NCBI GenBank assembly: GCA_965235115.1
Contig: OZ249440.1
Location: 9,982,001-10,046,000, forward strand
Direction of reading: 5' to 3'
DNA length: 64,000 nt
Origin: Laetmonice hystrix
Taxonomy: Eukaryota
Positions 61,306 to 64,000 of the stretch are shown piece after piece. The notes under the pieces were generated by a model. It was not told where the DNA came from. It searched no databases and saw nothing but the letters and a program-made list of their open reading frames with translations. The first letter of the stretch is position 1. Every line of letters starts with the position of its first letter. The translations under genes were made by a program, and so were the position numbers.

Positions 61306-64000
61306 CTCAGCGGTATACGGACACCGCCTGATGCTTTCCAGACTTCACACAGCTCCAACCAACCCGACGACCCGATTCTGATGAAGTAACCGATAGTTTA
61401 CCCTTGCTAACACAGCACGGTGGACGTTATCTTTACTGACTAGTCAGTGACGTCTACGGTAGCTATCAATTAGGTCCCTCAGTCCCGTCTATGTGCTCAG
61501 AATTCTGACCCCAGGACGTGTTATACGGGGGTGAAGGTGTTGTGTAGGGGTTTAGACCCTCAGTCCGAGTCGGGTTTGATCTCCGTGGCTGGGGCACGTT
61601 GACAAGCTGTCAGTGGTTGTAATACGGCCGATATAATTGACTGGGTTTGATAGGACACATATACCCCCTGTGGGTATTTCTGTGAAATTATTACCACATG
61701 CCCATAATGGGATGTGGGAATGACATGTAAATGTTAGGGGCCGATGGCAAGATCTGGGGGGGGAGGAGTGTGTATGGGAGGGAGGGTATACGATCTCAGT
61801 GATGTGTGGAGGAGTGAGGGGAGGAAATATCATCAACTGAGTGAGAAAAACACGGCATCTTCAAGTCAGGGGAGACAGCAACAGCAAGGAGGACATGAGG
61901 TCAACTGGTTTGGTTCACAGAGATAGCGCCATCAAAATCAAGCCAATATCAAATAACTGCAAAACGCATTCACACAAAAAACACGTCTTTCCCGTGAAAG
62001 GCCAATATGCGACTCAAAAATCCACGTTTCCTTTGTAAGGAAAGTCGGCTTGAAGACGACTGTGAAAACGAAAGTTATAAAGATGTTTAAATGCATCACT
62101 TCCAATCTGGTAACTTCCTCGAATTGGATTCAAACCGAGAATGTTCTGCCATGCTCCATGAAAGGCTGAGTCGTCAATCCAATAAATGGACTTAAACTGT
62201 CCGCGAGGCGGGGAGTAGGCCCTACAGGGTATAGAGGCTTTTGGTGTTGGTCCAGGCAACGAGTATCTATACTCGTTGGTCTAGGAGATGGTATCGGTGG
62301 TCTCTGGAAGCCACCGTGTGGCTGTGAGGGTGTGTGGTCAGGGAGGGTCGGGTATACCTTGTAGAGGGGAGATAGGGAGGCAGGAGGAGGTCGCCCCAGC
62401 ACGCATGCATGCCCAACGGCGGCACCGAGCGCCTACCCTTCACAGTGGCGCCGATCGCAAGGACCGCCGCCCCGTCAAGTGCCGATTTGAACTGTGCCCG
62501 CGGGGCCGTGGGACGGTTCGCCCGAACATATACTACACTGGTCTGGCGCTCCAATGGCTAAGGCTGTCCGGCTGGCCGGTCGGCACCCAAAGGCCGGTGA
62601 CTTCAAGGCTGGCACTTTGGTGGACGTTGACTGTCTGCTTCCATGGCCACCAGAGCTGGCTTTCTCTTGGACCGCCGGCTGGCCGGTGGCGCGGTCTGTA
62701 GTTTCCGGCTCGGTACTCCTAACGATAGGAATCCGCGCGGAATGTTGGAGCCAAGTATCAGATTGCCGAACAGATTCGTCAGTGGACATTCGTATTGACA
62801 AATTCAGATCTAAACTTCCAGGGTTTCCTGCATGCCCTTTTTTTTTGGGGGGGGGGGAGCTCAGCGTCCCCCCCCCCCCATAAAGATCCATAGCCCATAT
62901 ACCTAACCCTGGACACTACACCTCCCAAATACATCTCTATCCTATCCCTACTCTACTACCGCCCTTAACCCGAACCCCTGCCCAAAAAAAGAAGTTACCA
63001 TGGGGGAATAACCCAAATTGGTAAGGGATAGTGTCATAACAGCGGAAAACATTGAAAGTCGGACGACAGGGACTGTCTCACCGGTCTTTTCATTTCCAAG
63101 CGCCGCCATGGCAGAGTATACAGCGCACGTCCTACACGTCACGCCCAGCCATATGTTTCACGTCAGAGCCCCCTTTATGCCTACAAAGTGATCACAAAGG
63201 ATATGGTCAATTAGCCACCAATATATATCACATTATCGAACGTAAAAAAAATAACGAGGAACTGTTAGGAATGAAATGTCTAGCAACTGAACAACTCACT
63301 CCTCGGGAAAAGTTTAGTAGGGGTGGCCCAGAGGGATATTTGTGCCTTAATGACGTGAATACTGTATGTATGTGCCTGGAAGATACGGCCCCAACTTCCA
63401 CTGTTGGCACTTGGGTGTCCACTTGTAGAAAGGGTTTCCTTGTAGAGCTAATATGGACTTGCAAATCTGCGGTCGTGAGGTCAGCCTACGTCCACAAGAC
63501 GTCCTCTCGTGGATCAAGATCGGCATGCACCTTGCCAATATGTCCGATTCTTTTGTCTTTTCAATCGTTGTAAGCCGTCAGGCATATCACTTTGAGATGA
63601 CTTATCATTTTGGATTCCTTTCAGACGTTGTGGCGTTGAATGCAATTTGCAGGTATTAAGCCAGACCTACACTGAAGCCGTCTTATTGACTGCGACTGAA
63701 TTAAGCTTAGCACATGGCCGCAGACTTGAATAGAAATGGAAACGGATGGAGTTCTCACGTCTGTCTCCAATAAAGTGAACATCGCCACTGCCATTGGATC
63801 ACCAAAGGTCGCAGCGTTCCATCTCGCCCCAGTGAAAGTCGGCAATCTTCTTGTGGCACCACCTCAAAGTTGCTTTCAGTTTCAAACAAAACAGACGCCC
63901 TCCACGGTCATGTGTGGTTTGGGCATCGGGTGGTGGCAGAGTTCTACCACGTGAATGCGGCAAGTCGGTGCCAGTGCCTTCCAGAGTGCCCGGTCGAATA

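Noticed and set aside
62494-62883. GC-rich ORF containing LVDVDCLLP as a possible Slit exon 9
   Set aside because: Lacks the CPxxCxC...VDCRxxxL LRRNT pattern and suitable splice sites; no exon 9 recognised before 64000.

Overview
Eukaryotic (invertebrate animal, possibly lophotrochozoan; taxon is inference only) genomic DNA lying entirely inside one + strand gene, slit. The ORF track misses it because its exons are short. I read six 72-nt leucine-rich-repeat exons (5314-5385, 10109-10180, 14362-14433, 54946-55017, 58987-59058, 59413-59484) and one 164-nt LRR/LRRCT exon (59901-60064). All have AG/GT boundaries and splice in frame to DLQGNNLTIIRRKDFSGLKNLRIL-QLLDNQITTIEKGGFDDMVSMERL-RLNRNRLVVIPDLLFANMPKLYRL-DLSYNRLKVIGRKTLKGSPLLRNL-QLDNNQLTCITDVALKGLKDMEIL-TVNKNNITTLPRDIFTGMNKLRIA-RIADNGLVCDCHVSWLARWLRMHPTLALFTKCAAPPHLRNVEIAELQESDFQCN, the first LRR domain of Slit (exons 2-8 by analogy with vertebrate SLITs). 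Exon 1 and exon 9 onward appear to lie outside the window. The intron after the RLNRN exon is 40,512 bp. The rest is intronic: ten large unrelated minisatellites (about 7.4 kb in total, the source of nearly all long ORFs in the track), microsatellites, two N gaps, a Tc1/mariner-type MITE, a recurrent Harbinger-like MITE family carrying CCAAT boxes, several long palindromes and motif-rich candidate enhancers. I found no CRISPR array, rRNA, intact tRNA or intact transposase, and no convincing new multi-gene system. The best leads are the conserved giant intron, a candidate poison or alternative exon inside it, the MITE family and a loop-less palindrome with a mirrored duplication.
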